A stretch of DNA of 64,000 nt. It comes from an uncultured Armatimonadetes bacterium. GTDB taxonomy: Bacteria > Armatimonadota > UBA5829 > DTJY01. Positions within the stretch are counted from its first letter, which is position 1, and each line of letters starts with the position of its first letter. Below the pieces are notes generated by a model. It was not told where the DNA came from. It did no database searches and saw only the letters and a program-made list of their open reading frames with translations. Positions 7,690-18,614 of the stretch are shown in pieces. The stretch is taken from NCBI GenBank assembly GCA_963717145.1, contig OY970325.1, positions 832,001 to 896,000 on the forward strand. Reading direction: 5' to 3'. The translations under genes and the position numbers were made by a program.

Positions 7690-10423
7690 TTGAACAGATT
7701 ACTCGTCACCCTGGTTGCACTGATACCGCTCATCATCATCTCTCGGGCAGGCGCTGAGACGAAGGCCATCGCCGAATGGACCTTCGACACACCGGGGGAC
7801 CCGATGGGTTGGACTGTGGGAAGTGAGGTCGAGGGCCTGGCTGTCAGGGACGGGTCGTTCACCGGCAAGACGGTCGCCCGCGATCCCCTCGTCCACGGGC
7901 CGATGATCGATATCCCAGCGAAGCCGAACCAGTACGTCGAGATTCGGATGAAGTCGTCGGCGGATGGGAACGGCGAGCTGTACTGGGCGAATACCACCGA
8001 GCCGCCATACGAGGGATTCCGGCCGGAGCAGGTCTACCAGATCAAGTTCAAGGCCGGCGACTTCCGGGTCTACCGCATATTCCCATTCTGGCAGCAGGAG
8101 AAGAAGATCATCCGCCTGCGCCTCGACCCGCCCGAGAACGCCGAGTTCGCCATCGACTACATCAAGGTGCTTGAGATCACGGGTCTTGGTAAGAAGCGGC
8201 CCTTCTTCAACTTCTCGATGTCCGGCCATGGATGGGTCTCCCTGGGGAGCGCCAAACCGCTGTCATCTGGCTCCCTGGACGTCGGGTGGTCCGATGAGGT
8301 AGTCCAACTGGTGTCGCCTGGGATCGACGTCGATGCCGCCGAGTATCCGTGGCTGAGTGTGGGTGCTACCTCAACTGGAGTGGACCATGTCATCCTTCAG
8401 TGGGTCAATGACAGTCTACCTGGTGTCAGATCATATACCTTGCCGCTCAAGCCGGACGGCCACTGGCATACCTACAATATCCCTACCGAGACGATCCCTG
8501 ACTGGGGCGGTCGCATCAAGATGTTGGCAGTCCAGGTGCCCCCTACGGGCGGGAGTATCTTCGCCCTCTCGTCCTACGGTGCAACTCGCAGGCCGATGGG
8601 TGCTGCGGAGATCGAGTTGAAGAACCTCCGACTCCGAGAAGCGATCAGTCGTACGGGTCGTCCGGCTGCTATCGAAGCCACGCTCACCAACAAGGGTGGC
8701 GAGCCTGCCAAGATCGTCAAGGCCACGCTGCGGATACCGTCGTCCCCGGTCGGAGGAGCAGTGACCGACAAGACCGACCGCAGGATAGACGAGTTGAAGC
8801 CCGGTGAGAGCCAGGTTCTCACATGGACGGTCGACGCTCGAGGAGAGGGAGATTTCGAGGCGTCGATCGCCGTTGCCGCAACAAACGCGACAGAGACTTC
8901 GAGCCACAACGATTCTGCGCTGGTATCCAGACCGTCAAGGCCGACAAGGCATCCTACGTCCCTGAGCCGAAGCCGGTCCGGGGCGAGTTCGAGGTCGGGA
9001 TGTATTACTTCCCCGGCTGGCCGAACTACACCAAGTGGAGCGTGCTCGATGACTACCCCGAGAGGCGTCCGATCCTCGGCTACTACCGCGAGGGCGATCC
9101 GGAAGTAGCCGACTGGCAGATCAAGTGGATGGTCGAGCACGGCGTCACCTTCATCGTTTATGACTGGTACTGGTCGGCGGGGGCCGGATGCTCGAGCACG
9201 GCATCCACCAGGGCTTCTTCAACGCGAAGCACCACGACAAGATCAAGTTCTGCCTCCTCTGGGCGAATCACAACGCTGACGGCACTTCATCCGCCGAGGA
9301 TATGGTCAACGTCACCAACTTCTGGCTCGACAACTACTTCCTGCGCGACGACTACATGAAGGTCGACGGCAAGCCGGTGGTGGTTATCTTCTCGCCATAC
9401 CGCCTGACTAAAGACATGGGTGTGTCGGCAGTGAAGGCCGCCTTCGACAAGTCGCGCGAGATGGCGAAGGCGCGCGGGCTGAACGGCATCTACTTCGTCG
9501 GATGCACCTGGCCCGGCCCGGGTCAGTTGTCCCCGATGGAGGCGGAGGGCTACGATGCGGCGACCGGCTACAACTATCCCTCAGCCGGCGACAAAGGGCA
9601 GATCGTCGCTCCGTATGCCGACATGGTGACCGGTTTCAAGGATATCTGGAATGCGATTCAGGACAGCACCTCACTCCCGTACATCCCAGTCGCCGAGGCG
9701 GGGTGGGATGCCCGACCATGGCATGGACCGAACACTCGGAGGCGAACCGGCAAGACGCCGGAGCTGTTCAAGCAGATGCTCCTCAACTCCAAGGAGTTCG
9801 TGGAGAAGCGGAAGACCGCCGGGCCGAAGATGATGCTGATCGAGGCATGGAACGAGTACGGCGAGGGCGACTATGTCGAGCCGCATCAGGAGTGGGGATT
9901 CGCTCACGTGGATGCCATCCGCGAGGTCTTCACCAATGCGCCGAAGGAGCACATCGACCTCGTCCCGCAGGATGTCGGCCTCGGACCTTACGAGTTGGAG
10001 AAGCCGAAACCTGCAACCGCCTGGGAGTTCGACGACCCGAAGCACGCCGGCTTCGACACGATCCAGAACCTCACGAACGGCCGAGTCGAGAACGGCTGTC
10101 TCATGGCCGAGTCGAACGGGCCCGATCCGGCGATGTACGGCGAAACGACCGACATCGACTCGAAGGAATTCCGCACCGCTGAGTTCAGGATGAAGGTGGA
10201 CAAGGGGAGGGGGGCGCAGCTCTTCTGGGCCGGGAAGTCGCCCGGATACACCGAGCCGGCAAGCGCCAGGTTCGACATCACGGCGGACGGCGAGTTCCAC
10301 GTCTACAAGCTGGACCTCGGTTCATCGCCCGGATGGAAGGGGCGGATCGTCTCGTTCCGCTTCGATCCGACCGATGCCACCGGCGCGCACATCGAGTTGG
10401 ATTACCTGCGCCTGCTTCCCTAA
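7690..10423 (+). CDS. Secreted GH99-like/WbsX-type glycoside hydrolase with CBM-like and Ig-like domains; two frameshifts (~8910, ~9181)
   Basis: Three overlapping ORFs join: GMYYFPGW, LGYYREGDPEVADWQIK, DWYW, GWDARPW, IEAWNEYGEG; related beta-sandwich (LRLDP/FRFDP..IDY) at both ends. Confidence 0.8.
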
Positions 10424-10483
10424 TCGCCAATCCGTCTCTCCCCGATAATACTGGTAGAGCTACCAGGTCATGGGGAGGGTGCA

Positions 10484-12042
10484 TTGAACGAATCGGAGAA
10501 GAGCTGGGAATCGTATCGCAGGCAGCAGGACGCCATCGAGCGTCGTGAGTGGCAGTTGTGGTGGCTCGCCATTCTGGTGATAGTCCTGTTGTCCGCGGGT
10601 GTTGTTACGCTCGATCTGACCAGCGTGAGGGGGCGACTGAACTCCGGCGTACTCGCGCTACTCGACAGTCACCTCATGCGGTACTCGCTCGTTGCCGCCG
10701 TGTTTCTGATCTGCGCCTACTTCCGCGACTCGATCCGCCGTCTGCGTCGATGGAACAACAGCCTGTTGGTCGATCTCCGGGAGCAGAGCGACCTCCTGAC
10801 ACGCAAGAATACCCAGATGGCGCAGTTGAAGGATGTATCAGACCGACTGCTGGGGAACCTCGACACGGAGGAGGGCCTCGACTTTCTCCTCGGCCTTGCG
10901 ATGAACGTCTCGGGCGCGCAGTCGGCCTCGATTCTCCTCGTTGACGAGGAGACACAGAGCCTCGAGCCCCATACGGCTCGGAGCATCACGAGGGGAGGCG
11001 CCCGAGCGACGAGGCCCACATCAACCGCAGTGCCGCTGAGTGGGTGATCGAGAACTCGAAGGCTTTGCTGCTCAACGTGGAGTCGGGCAATGAGTCATCG
11101 AGCCTCGTTGCTCCGGTGAGCGTCGGCGGCAAGGTGCTTGGAGTGCTCGGCGTGCGTGGAAAACCGGACGGGAGCGGGTTCAGCGATGATGAACTCGACG
11201 CGATCTCCACTCTCGCGAACCAGGCCGCGCTGGGCATCGAGAAGATGCACCTATACCGAAGGCTTCACGAGCAGGTCGCCTGCCTGCGAAAGGCCCTGCA
11301 CGAACTGCATCAGGCGCAGGCCAGCCTCATCCAGAACGAGAAACTTGCCTCCATCGGCCAACTCGCCGGCGGCATGGCTCACGAGATCAACAATCCGCTG
11401 CTGATCATCCTCGGGCGAGCTGAACTGCTGCTGATGGATACGGATCCCTCGAACCCGAACGCCTCCGATCTCGAGATCATAAAGTCCGAGACTCAACGGA
11501 TCGCGGGGATCGTCCGCAACCTGCTCAGCTTCTCCCGGGTGAACAAGACCGGCATCCTGAGCACGGTGGATGTCAACGAGATCATGGAGCGCGCGCTTCA
11601 ACTTGTCGAGATACAGGAATCGTCGGGCGAGATCGCGACGATCAAGCGGCTGTCGGGCGACTTACCGCCGATCTACGCCGAGAAGGGCGAGATCCAGCAG
11701 GTGTTCATGAACATCTGTATGAACGCATACCAGGCGATGAAGAACGGCGGCGGAAAGTTGATCGTGGAAACATCTCAGGACGACGCCGGATATGTCATCG
11801 CCAAGTTTGCAGACACCGGCCCCGGAATCCCGCGCGAGCACCTCGGGAAGATCTACGACCCGTTCTTCACCACCAAGTCGGAATCCGAGGGCACGGGACT
11901 CGGGCTCTCGGTCAGCCGAGGGATCGTGGAGAAGTACGGAGGCAAGATCGAGGTCGAGACCCGCGTGGGCGAGGGTGCGACTTTTGTGATCCGTCTCCCC
12001 GCCGCGGAAGAAGCCGCCCGCGACGTGCCGAAAGCGGCCTAA
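10484..12042 (+). CDS. Membrane sensor histidine kinase (2 TM, GAF, HisKA, HATPase); one frameshift ~11000
   Basis: LAGGMAHEINNPL, QVFMNICMNA, DTGPGI, DPFFTTK, GTGLGL. Confidence 0.9.
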
Positions 12043-12048
12043 CCACCA

Positions 12049-12199
12049 CTGTTCGGGCAGGAAGAAGACTGTTCGGGCAGGAGTTGTGCTCCTGCCCGCG
12101 CCACTGATGGGGGGAGTTCAACTCCCCAGATGGTCTTGCGGGAGGGAGTACAACTCCCTCCCGAACAGCGAGGGTGGGCGGCACAAGGCACGCCCCTAC
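12049..12199. repeat. Cluster of REP-like hairpins between convergent genes
   Basis: ctgttcgggcagga twice; inverted partner 12140-12168; GGGGAG-ttcaa-CTCCCC; GTAG REP 12176-12199 on minus strand. Confidence 0.8.
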
Positions 12200-14082
12200 T
12201 TGAAGCTCGGCAGGATGATTCCCCGCATGATGATGTTCTGACAGAACACGAATATCAACAGCGTCGGAATCGCCATCAACGTCAGCGCAGACATCGTGAT
12301 GTACTTCGGCGCGAGGATCTGCATCTCATAAAGCCACACCATCATCGTCCACATCTTCTGGTTCTGGCAGACCAGGAACGCAAACATGAACGCCCCATAC
12401 GCCGCCGTGAACGATCCGAGCGCAATCACCGCGAAGATCGGCTTCGAGAGCGGAACCGTGATCTGCCAGAACATCCTCGGCTCGGACGCGCCGTCGATTG
12501 TTGCGGCTTCGTAAAGCTCCTTCGGCAGGCTGTCGAAGAACCCCTTGAGCAGGAAGATGAAGTATCCCCCCGCCATTCCGGGTAAGATCAGCGCCCAGAA
12601 CGTGTTCAGCATGTGGAGCTTCTTGAGCATCAGGAAGTTTGGTATCGCCGTGACTTCCGCCGGAAACGCCATCGTGGCGAGCAGGAAGAGCAGCACCTTG
12701 TACGAGTATTTCAGGTTGTACCTGGACAGAGCATACGCGCACGCCGGGTTCACGATCAGGTGAGTCAGGATCACGATCGCGCAGAAGATGATCGTGTTGA
12801 TGACGGCCCGGCCGTGGAGCGCCATGTAGCTGATGACCGTGGTGTAGTTTCGAGTGACGAAATGCTTCCGCAGGAACTTGCGATTGTCCTGTATGTATTT
12901 CCAGTCGGCGAGCGCGTAAGGCGCGTCCAGTTCCATGATGTTCTTCATCGTGGTCCCGTAGGCCCGATTGACCCCATCCAGGCTGCCGTACTGCTTCAGG
13001 ACCCGGTCGCGGAACAGGTTCTCGGCGTTCAAAGCGTGGAGTGCCGTCACCGGCGCGGCCTGGGAGATGAACTCCATCCAGTCCGTGAGCGGAGTGCCCT
13101 CTCTGGGGAGTCCCTTCGGCAGGGCTATCTGATCGAACGAGGTGTGAGCGGTCTTGTAGACGCGGTTGATCTCGCCGATGTTGTTCAGGTAGCGCTTCGA
13201 CAGGAACGACCGGTAGGCGGGCGCTGCCTCATCGGAAACGTGCATGAAGCGGAAGGGGAGGATCGTATGCACGAACTCCGCCCAATCCGGGCGCGCCTTC
13301 GGATTCGCAGGGAGCGATGGCGAAAGATGCACATCCGTGAACGACTTGTAGTTCGTTCCATACGTTGCGTTCAACCTTGCGATATCGGAATCGTACTTGT
13401 CTTCCCTCAGGAATTTGGTGAACAGCAGTTCGCAGCCGACGACCCGCACGTAGTCCACGGGCAGGGACGCCTCGAACCTGAGCCATTCCTGCACCTTCGC
13501 TGATCTGTCCGGCTGCCATTCCCGCTGATCGGTCCGCTCGAACGGGGCGAAAACCGTCTCGAAGCCGTTGTTCTCTTCCCGATAGAGCTTGTTCAATGCT
13601 CCGATGTCACCCTTGAATCGCTTCGACAGGAATGCGCGATACTTGTCGAGCAGTAGACTCGGGCAGTGGGACGTGCCGGGGATGGGCAGGTAGTTCGCCT
13701 GCTTGTAGGTCATCGGCAGGCTCTTGCTGAAAGTGTTCCAGTCGTTGACCAGTGTCCTCTGGCCCGTGCTCAACGGCGTGGTCTGAGGCGCTTCGACGTT
13801 CTCGAGCTTGGCGAAGTCGGTCCGATAGTAGCCGTTGATCGCCTCGATGTCGCCGGCGAGCTTGATCTCAGCGTACTTGGCGAAGAGGGCCGTGTTGCTG
13901 TAGAAGTACTTCGGCACCACCTGGTAGTCATTGACGTCGACGCTGCTCTTGACGGCGGTGGAGAGCATGACGAGGAACGGATAGACCATGGTGATCGAGC
14001 CGACCGACAGCACGATGTAGATCCCTGCAATCAGCAGTCTCATGGACAGCGATTTTCGACCGACGGTCGGTATGATGGACAT
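12196..14082 (-). CDS. Carbohydrate ABC permease (MalG-like) with ~380-aa extracytoplasmic repeat insert
   Basis: AYALSR, LPKELYEAATIDGA EAA loop, FVFCQNIIMRGI. Confidence 0.9.
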   Translation of the reverse strand: MSIIPTVGRKSLSMRLLIAGIYIVLSVGSITMVYPFLVMLSTAVKSSVDVNDYQVVPKYFYSNTALFAKYAEIKLAGDIEAINGYYRTDFAKLENVEAPQTTPLSTGQRTLVNDWNTFSKSLPMTYKQANYLPIPGTSHCPSLLLDKYRAFLSKRFKGDIGALNKLYREENNGFETVFAPFERTDQREWQPDRSAKVQEWLRFEASLPVDYVRVVGCELLFTKFLREDKYDSDIARLNATYGTNYKSFTDVHLSPSLPANPKARPDWAEFVHTILPFRFMHVSDEAAPAYRSFLSKRYLNNIGEINRVYKTAHTSFDQIALPKGLPREGTPLTDWMEFISQAAPVTALHALNAENLFRDRVLKQYGSLDGVNRAYGTTMKNIMELDAPYALADWKYIQDNRKFLRKHFVTRNYTTVISYMALHGRAVINTIIFCAIVILTHLIVNPACAYALSRYNLKYSYKVLLFLLATMAFPAEVTAIPNFLMLKKLHMLNTFWALILPGMAGGYFIFLLKGFFDSLPKELYEAATIDGASEPRMFWQITVPLSKPIFAVIALGSFTAAYGAFMFAFLVCQNQKMWTMMVWLYEMQILAPKYITMSALTLMAIPTLLIFVFCQNIIMRGIILPSFK

Positions 14083-14086
14083 TCTG

Positions 14087-16573
14087 CTATTCCTCCCGCC
14101 CGGACGTAGAGAACCTTACGTGCTTGAGTATTCTGAGCTGGTACATCGTGAAGCCGATGAGCATGCTCCCCATGATCCATGCGGCCGCGGTGGCGTAACC
14201 GAACCGCAGATACATGAAGGCGTTGTACCAGATCTCGAGGCTGATCGTGTGGGTCGCGTTCAGCGGCCCACCGCCGGTCATGATGAAGATGTTCTCCATC
14301 ACCTTGAACGAGCCGATGAAGACGCCGACGAAGTTGATGATGATCAGCGGCTTCAGGCTCGGCACAGTGATCCGCCATACCTTGCTGAACGGTCCCGCGC
14401 CGTCGATGTCGGCAGCCTCGTACATGTCGTCGGGGATGCCCTTCATGGCGGCCAGGTAGAGAATGCTCCCCGGTCCTGCGCCCGCCCATATCGCAGGCAG
14501 GATGATGCAGAGCATCGCCAGCTTCGGGTCCTGGAGCCAGGTTTGCTGGGTGATCTGCAGGTGGCTCAGCCAGGGATGTACGTGAGCCGCCAGCGCCATC
14601 GCCATCTGATTATAGTATCCGATCAGCGTGTTGAAGAGGCCCTGCGGAGAGGGATCGTAGAACCACTTCCAGAGGAAGATGATGACCAGCGCGCTCGTGA
14701 CAGCCGGAAGGTAGAACAGCGTCCGGAAGAGCATCTTTCCTCTCGGGACTTCATGCAGGAACAGCGCCAGGATGATCGGCACGCAAAACCCCAGTCCGAT
14801 ATTCAGCGTGACGTAGGTCAGCGTGTTGATGACGCCTTTGCGGAACGTGTCCGAGTTCACCGCCTCAATGAAGTTGTCGAGGCCGACGAACGCGCCTCCG
14901 CCCAGGATTCGGTAGTCCTGGAATGCCATCATCATGCCGCGCAGGAGCGGATAGTAGTTCCAGATCAGGATCGAGAGTACCGCCGGCAGCATGAATAGCC
15001 AGGCCATGACGTGGATCATCTTGTTGCCACGCCCTCGGACCATCGTGGAGTCCTCGGTGTCCTCCGAATGTGCCCTGGCCAGGTTTCTGACCGAGATCGC
15101 GGCGATAGTGCCGATCAGCAGGAAGAGGGTTGCGAAGATGCCCCAGCCGATCTTCCGGCGGCGGTTCATGACGTCGGGGTCGATGTACCCGAGCATCTTG
15201 GTGTCGATCCGCTCGGCAGCGGCATCGAGGATCGCCCTCGGGTCCTTCTTGGGGTGAAGCTTGATGTCCTGGAGGGGATAGTCAAGCTCGATGTAGATCA
15301 TCTCGCAGTTTCTGCCGTGAGGTTCGGGGCGTCCGTGCTTGAAGGCCTCCTTGTTCGCCTCGATCCAGCCCCTGGGTATGTCGCGCAGGTATTCCTTGTA
15401 GCCGAACTTCTCCAGCTTGTCGGGGCTGACCGTCTTGCCGAGGCCGGCCTCCACATATGCCTTGGTTCTGATCCGATCGGCCTCTTCGCTGGACATGAAC
15501 TTGACATACTCCCAGGCGGCGTCCCGGACCCGCTGGTCCTTGATCTGGGAGTTGATGCCCCACATGCCGGCGTTGATCTCGTTCGCTCGGCCTGCGGGTC
15601 CTGCCGGGAGAGCCGCGATCCCGATCAACGCCGGGTTGATCCCGGACGTGCGGTTCGTCACCATGTCATAGGAGTAGCCGAACCACTGGGCGATCTTGTC
15701 CTGCGCGATGTCGGTCGCGTAGGTAGTCGTGTGGGATGCGACGCCGTTGATGATCTTGCCGTCTGACGGGCGTTTCCACGGATCGACCACCAGCTTACGG
15801 AAGAACTCGAGCGCTGCGACGCCTGCATCGTCGTTGAAGACACAGTGCCATTCGCCCTTCTTGTCCTTTGCGACGATATCACCGCCTGCCTGCCAGAGGA
15901 AGTTAATCCAGTGGAAGGCAGTCCCACTCGGGCTTGCCGCGAATCCGAAGCCGTACTGGCCCTTCTCCGGGATGGTGAGCTTCTGGCAATACTTGTAGAA
16001 CTCGTCCCAGTCCTTCGGCGGCTTGTTCGGATCGAGGCCCGCTGCTCTGTAGAGATCCTTGCGGTAGTAGAGCGCCATCACGCATTGGAACCAGGGCATG
16101 CTGTAGACGTGACCATCGACGGTGATGACCTCACGGATCGTCGGATGGACTCGCGCCAGGACCTCCGGGTCCTTCTTGACGTAGTCGTCGAGCTTGAGGA
16201 GGAATCCCTGGTTGATGTAGTTGTCGAGCTTGCGGAAGTTGACGTAGAAGACGTCCGGCGCAGTTCCGCCGGCCATCGCCATGAGGAGTCCCGACTCCTG
16301 CGCCGGCCCCTGGACCTGCAGGCCGCTCGCGCTGATGATGGTGATGTCCGGATGAAGCTCGGCGAACCGTTCGAAAACCTTACGCTGTGCCCGTCGCCAT
16401 GGATCGGTCGAGTCCTTCGCCGGGATGCCCCAGTCGCCGCCCCAGAGCCGGAGTTCGATGACATCCTTATCGGGAGAGGGTGCTCCGTTCACGGCCGGAA
16501 GAAGTACCGGCGAAAAGAAGGTGAGTGCGAGCAGGATCAGGGTGCACAGGATATACGATATGAGTCGCTGCAA
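14087..16573 (-). CDS. Sugar-binding protein fused to MalF-like ABC permease
   Basis: TTG start after AGGAG; MAGGTAPDV, LYYRKDLY.AAGLDP.KPPK.WDE; FVGLDNF, YEAADIDGA. Confidence 0.9.
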   Translation of the reverse strand: MQRLISYILCTLILLALTFFSPVLLPAVNGAPSPDKDVIELRLWGGDWGIPAKDSTDPWRRAQRKVFERFAELHPDITIISASGLQVQGPAQESGLLMAMAGGTAPDVFYVNFRKLDNYINQGFLLKLDDYVKKDPEVLARVHPTIREVITVDGHVYSMPWFQCVMALYYRKDLYRAAGLDPNKPPKDWDEFYKYCQKLTIPEKGQYGFGFAASPSGTAFHWINFLWQAGGDIVAKDKKGEWHCVFNDDAGVAALEFFRKLVVDPWKRPSDGKIINGVASHTTTYATDIAQDKIAQWFGYSYDMVTNRTSGINPALIGIAALPAGPAGRANEINAGMWGINSQIKDQRVRDAAWEYVKFMSSEEADRIRTKAYVEAGLGKTVSPDKLEKFGYKEYLRDIPRGWIEANKEAFKHGRPEPHGRNCEMIYIELDYPLQDIKLHPKKDPRAILDAAAERIDTKMLGYIDPDVMNRRRKIGWGIFATLFLLIGTIAAISVRNLARAHSEDTEDSTMVRGRGNKMIHVMAWLFMLPAVLSILIWNYYPLLRGMMMAFQDYRILGGGAFVGLDNFIEAVNSDTFRKGVINTLTYVTLNIGLGFCVPIILALFLHEVPRGKMLFRTLFYLPAVTSALVIIFLWKWFYDPSPQGLFNTLIGYYNQMAMALAAHVHPWLSHLQITQQTWLQDPKLAMLCIILPAIWAGAGPGSILYLAAMKGIPDDMYEAADIDGAGPFSKVWRITVPSLKPLIIINFVGVFIGSFKVMENIFIMTGGGPLNATHTISLEIWYNAFMYLRFGYATAAAWIMGSMLIGFTMYQLRILKHVRFSTSGREE

Positions 16574-16620
16574 GTCTTGCTCCTGGAGTGTACTGTGCGG
16601 TGTGCCGGAAGTACCAAGGC

Positions 16621-16649
16621 AGTATACCAAGCCCGGCCATTTCCGTCAA
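16621..16649 (-). promoter_or_regulatory. sigma70-like promoter of the ABC operon
   Basis: TTGACG-17 bp-TATACT with TGn extension. Confidence 0.65.
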
Positions 16650-16653
16650 TGGT

Positions 16654-16709
16654 TTTGGAGTGCGGCGGCTCGACGCCGCTTTGCTGAGCCGTGGCTGGAC
16701 ACGGCGGCG
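16654..16709. repeat. GGAG-type REP half element
   Basis: tttggagtgcggcggctcgacgccgctttg followed by a sequence matching the reverse complement of 17987-18017. Confidence 0.85.
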
Positions 16710-16730
16710 CTTGATACCTGCGATGCTGAC

Positions 16731-16807
16731 GGATGTCATTCAGCAGCAGCGAAGAATCTGGCCTTTGGCAGCCGCCAGATTCTTCGCTGCTGCTCAGAAT
16801 GACATCC
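16731..16807. repeat. GTCATTC-type palindromic repeat doublet
   Basis: ggatgtcattc(tg)agcagcagcgaagaatctggc inverted pair; related single arms at 41854 and 59907. Confidence 0.85.
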
Positions 16808-16857
16808 GAGGACCAAGCGATCTGGTTTATTTTCCGCTCCGATGGGCAAAAAACATC

Positions 16858-16916
16858 TTGACAAACAGATGTTCGATGCCTATAATCTTGGATGGCGGTA
16901 AGCGAACATGCGTTCT
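16858..16916 (+). promoter_or_regulatory. Consensus sigma70 promoter with two Gram-positive-type LexA (SOS) boxes
   Basis: TTGACA 16858-16863, 17 bp, TATAAT 16881-16886; CAAAC-AGAT-GTTCG 16862-16875; CGAAC-ATGC-GTTCT 16903-16916 covering the ATG. Confidence 0.88.
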
Positions 16917-18218
16917 ATCATTCATTTTAGGCTGAATTCATTCTGTGCAAAGCTGGAGCAGCTTCGGAAGCCGGAGCTTGTCGGGAAGCCGGTCCTGGTG
17001 ACCCACAAGTCCGGCCGCGGGGAGTTTGTCGTCTCCGCGTCTTTGGAGTGCGATGGCTCGACATCGCTTTTTTCCAGGCGGCTTGACGCCGTCCACGTCG
17101 GCAAAAGCGATGTCGAGCCATCGCACTCCAAAGACATCACCGCCCGCCATGCCCTGCGATACTGTCCGACCGCGATCGTCGTCCCGGCGGATTGGGATTT
17201 CTACCGCGAGACGTCCGAGGCAGTGATGGACATCCTCTCGGCCTACTCGCCGCGTCTCGAGCCGGACTCGCTCGACAAGGCGTACATGGACGTCACCGGC
17301 TGCACGAAGCTCTTCGGGTCGCCGAAGCGGATCGCCCAAGAGGTTCAGCGGCGGGTGATGGATGAGATCGGCGTGCCGGTGTCGATTGGCATCGCGCGGA
17401 ACAAGCTGGCGGCGTGCGCGGCGTCATCGGCGTGCGAGCCTGGGGGATACATGGCGGTCAGGCCCGGAACCGAGGCGGAATTCGTCTCGAAGCTTCCGGT
17501 CGGCAGCCTGAACGGGGTAGGGCCGAAGATCGAGAAGCGCCTGCAGGTGCTTGGCGTGCGGACCACCGGCGATCTGGCGGCGATCCCCGAGCGGCTCTTG
17601 ATCCGGCAGTTCGGCGCGCTGGGGAGTCGCTTGCGCACTCAGTCGCAGGGGATCGACTACGCCCCGGTGGCGGCGCTCTATCCGCTGCCGATTATTATTA
17701 TCGAACATACGTTTGGTTATGATGATGCCGACCCGTCCGAGCCGGGGATTGTGGAGGCATACCTGCTCTGGATGTGCGAGCGGCTGGCGATGCAGATGCG
17801 CAAACGCGATCAGCAGGCCGGGTCGCTCAAACTCTTGCTGGAGTATGGATCGGCGTCCGAGAGTCGGTTCTACGCATTCAAGACGCCGGTCTCCTCGGCG
17901 CACGATATCTATATAGGTGCGCGGCGGCTTTGGAGTGCGATGGCTCGACATCGCTTTGATCCAGGCGGCTCGACGCCCTCCGGGTCGCCGCCGTGTCAAG
18001 CCACGGCTCAACAAAGCGATGTCGAGCCATCGCACTCCAAAGCCGTCTGCGGCCTGAAGCTCACCCTTAGCGACTTGGAGTCCGGCAGCGGCATCCAACT
18101 CAGTCTGATAGGCGACGCCGAGCGCCGGATGCGGCTCGATGCCGTGCTGGAGACGATCCGCTCACGCTTCGGCGACCGAGCGATCGCATACTTGAGAACA
18201 CAGATGGCACAGATTTAA
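16908..18218 (+). CDS. DinB/ImuB-like Y-family polymerase homologue, catalytic acids substituted, two in-frame palindromic inserts
   Basis: MRSIIHFRLNSF (cf. IIHIDMDAF), SLDKAYMD (cf. SLDEAYLD), SIGIARNKL, GVGPK, clamp motif QLSL, D/E.IR.RFG..AI. Confidence 0.85.
   Translation: MRSIIHFRLNSFCAKLEQLRKPELVGKPVLVTHKSGRGEFVVSASLECDGSTSLFSRRLDAVHVGKSDVEPSHSKDITARHALRYCPTAIVVPADWDFYRETSEAVMDILSAYSPRLEPDSLDKAYMDVTGCTKLFGSPKRIAQEVQRRVMDEIGVPVSIGIARNKLAACAASSACEPGGYMAVRPGTEAEFVSKLPVGSLNGVGPKIEKRLQVLGVRTTGDLAAIPERLLIRQFGALGSRLRTQSQGIDYAPVAALYPLPIIIIEHTFGYDDADPSEPGIVEAYLLWMCERLAMQMRKRDQQAGSLKLLLEYGSASESRFYAFKTPVSSAHDIYIGARRLWSAMARHRFDPGGSTPSGSPPCQATAQQSDVEPSHSKAVCGLKLTLSDLESGSGIQLSLIGDAERRMRLDAVLETIRSRFGDRAIAYLRTQMAQI
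17039..17135. repeat. GGAG-type REP doublet inside CDS, in frame
   Basis: Perfect 33-bp arms 17039-17071 / 17103-17135. Confidence 0.92.
17925..18045. repeat. GGAG-type REP doublet inside CDS, in frame
   Basis: Perfect 34-bp arms 17925-17958 / 18012-18045. Confidence 0.92.
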
Positions 18219-18286
18219 GGGGATAAAGCGGATTTTTATTCCCAATTTTCTGTATTATCTGTGCTCCATCCGTGTAATCTGTGTTC
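18196..18286. repeat. Inverted 9/10-mer array (GAACACAGAT...ATCTGTGTTC) overlapping the dinB-like stop
   Basis: acacagatg gcacagatt ... atctgtgct ccatccgtgt aatctgtgttc. Confidence 0.8.
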
Positions 18287-18289
18287 CAA

Positions 18290-18529
18290 ATGAATCGTTT
18301 AGTTCAGATAGCCTTAGACAGCAGGAAGCACGCGCCGGCCGCGTTTCGATGGCGGGGGCGGCTCTACAAGGTCGCCGCCATCCGGGAATGTTGGCGGCTT
18401 CTGGGCGCGTGGTGGGATGGGGAAGGGGAGCGGACCTTCTTCCGCGTCCAGACGGATTCGGGCGGGATATTCGAGCTTTCCTACGATCACATCCACCGCT
18501 CCTGGCTGCTCGACCGGGTGGAAGACTAA
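18290..18529 (+). CDS. Small DUF6504-like protein resembling the ImuB C-terminal domain
   Basis: P..FRWRGR.Y.V....ECW....WW....R..FRV....G..FEL......W.L. Confidence 0.8.
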   Translation: MNRLVQIALDSRKHAPAAFRWRGRLYKVAAIRECWRLLGAWWDGEGERTFFRVQTDSGGIFELSYDHIHRSWLLDRVED

Positions 18530-18532
18530 GAA

Positions 18533-18610
18533 GAACACAGATGACACAGAAAGGAAACGGAAAACACAGAAAAATCCGTTATCTGCGTTCATTTGCGTTC
18601 ATTTGCGGTT
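18533..18610. repeat. Hybrid inverted array: 9/10-mer left arm, 10-mer right arm
   Basis: gaacacagatg acacagaaa ... atctgcgttc atttgcgttc atttgcggtt. Confidence 0.75.
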
Positions 18611-18614
18611 TGAA

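Noticed and set aside
10484-12042. Orphan histidine kinase as a novel system
   Set aside because: Common GAF-HisKA-HATPase architecture; unlinked response regulators are routine.
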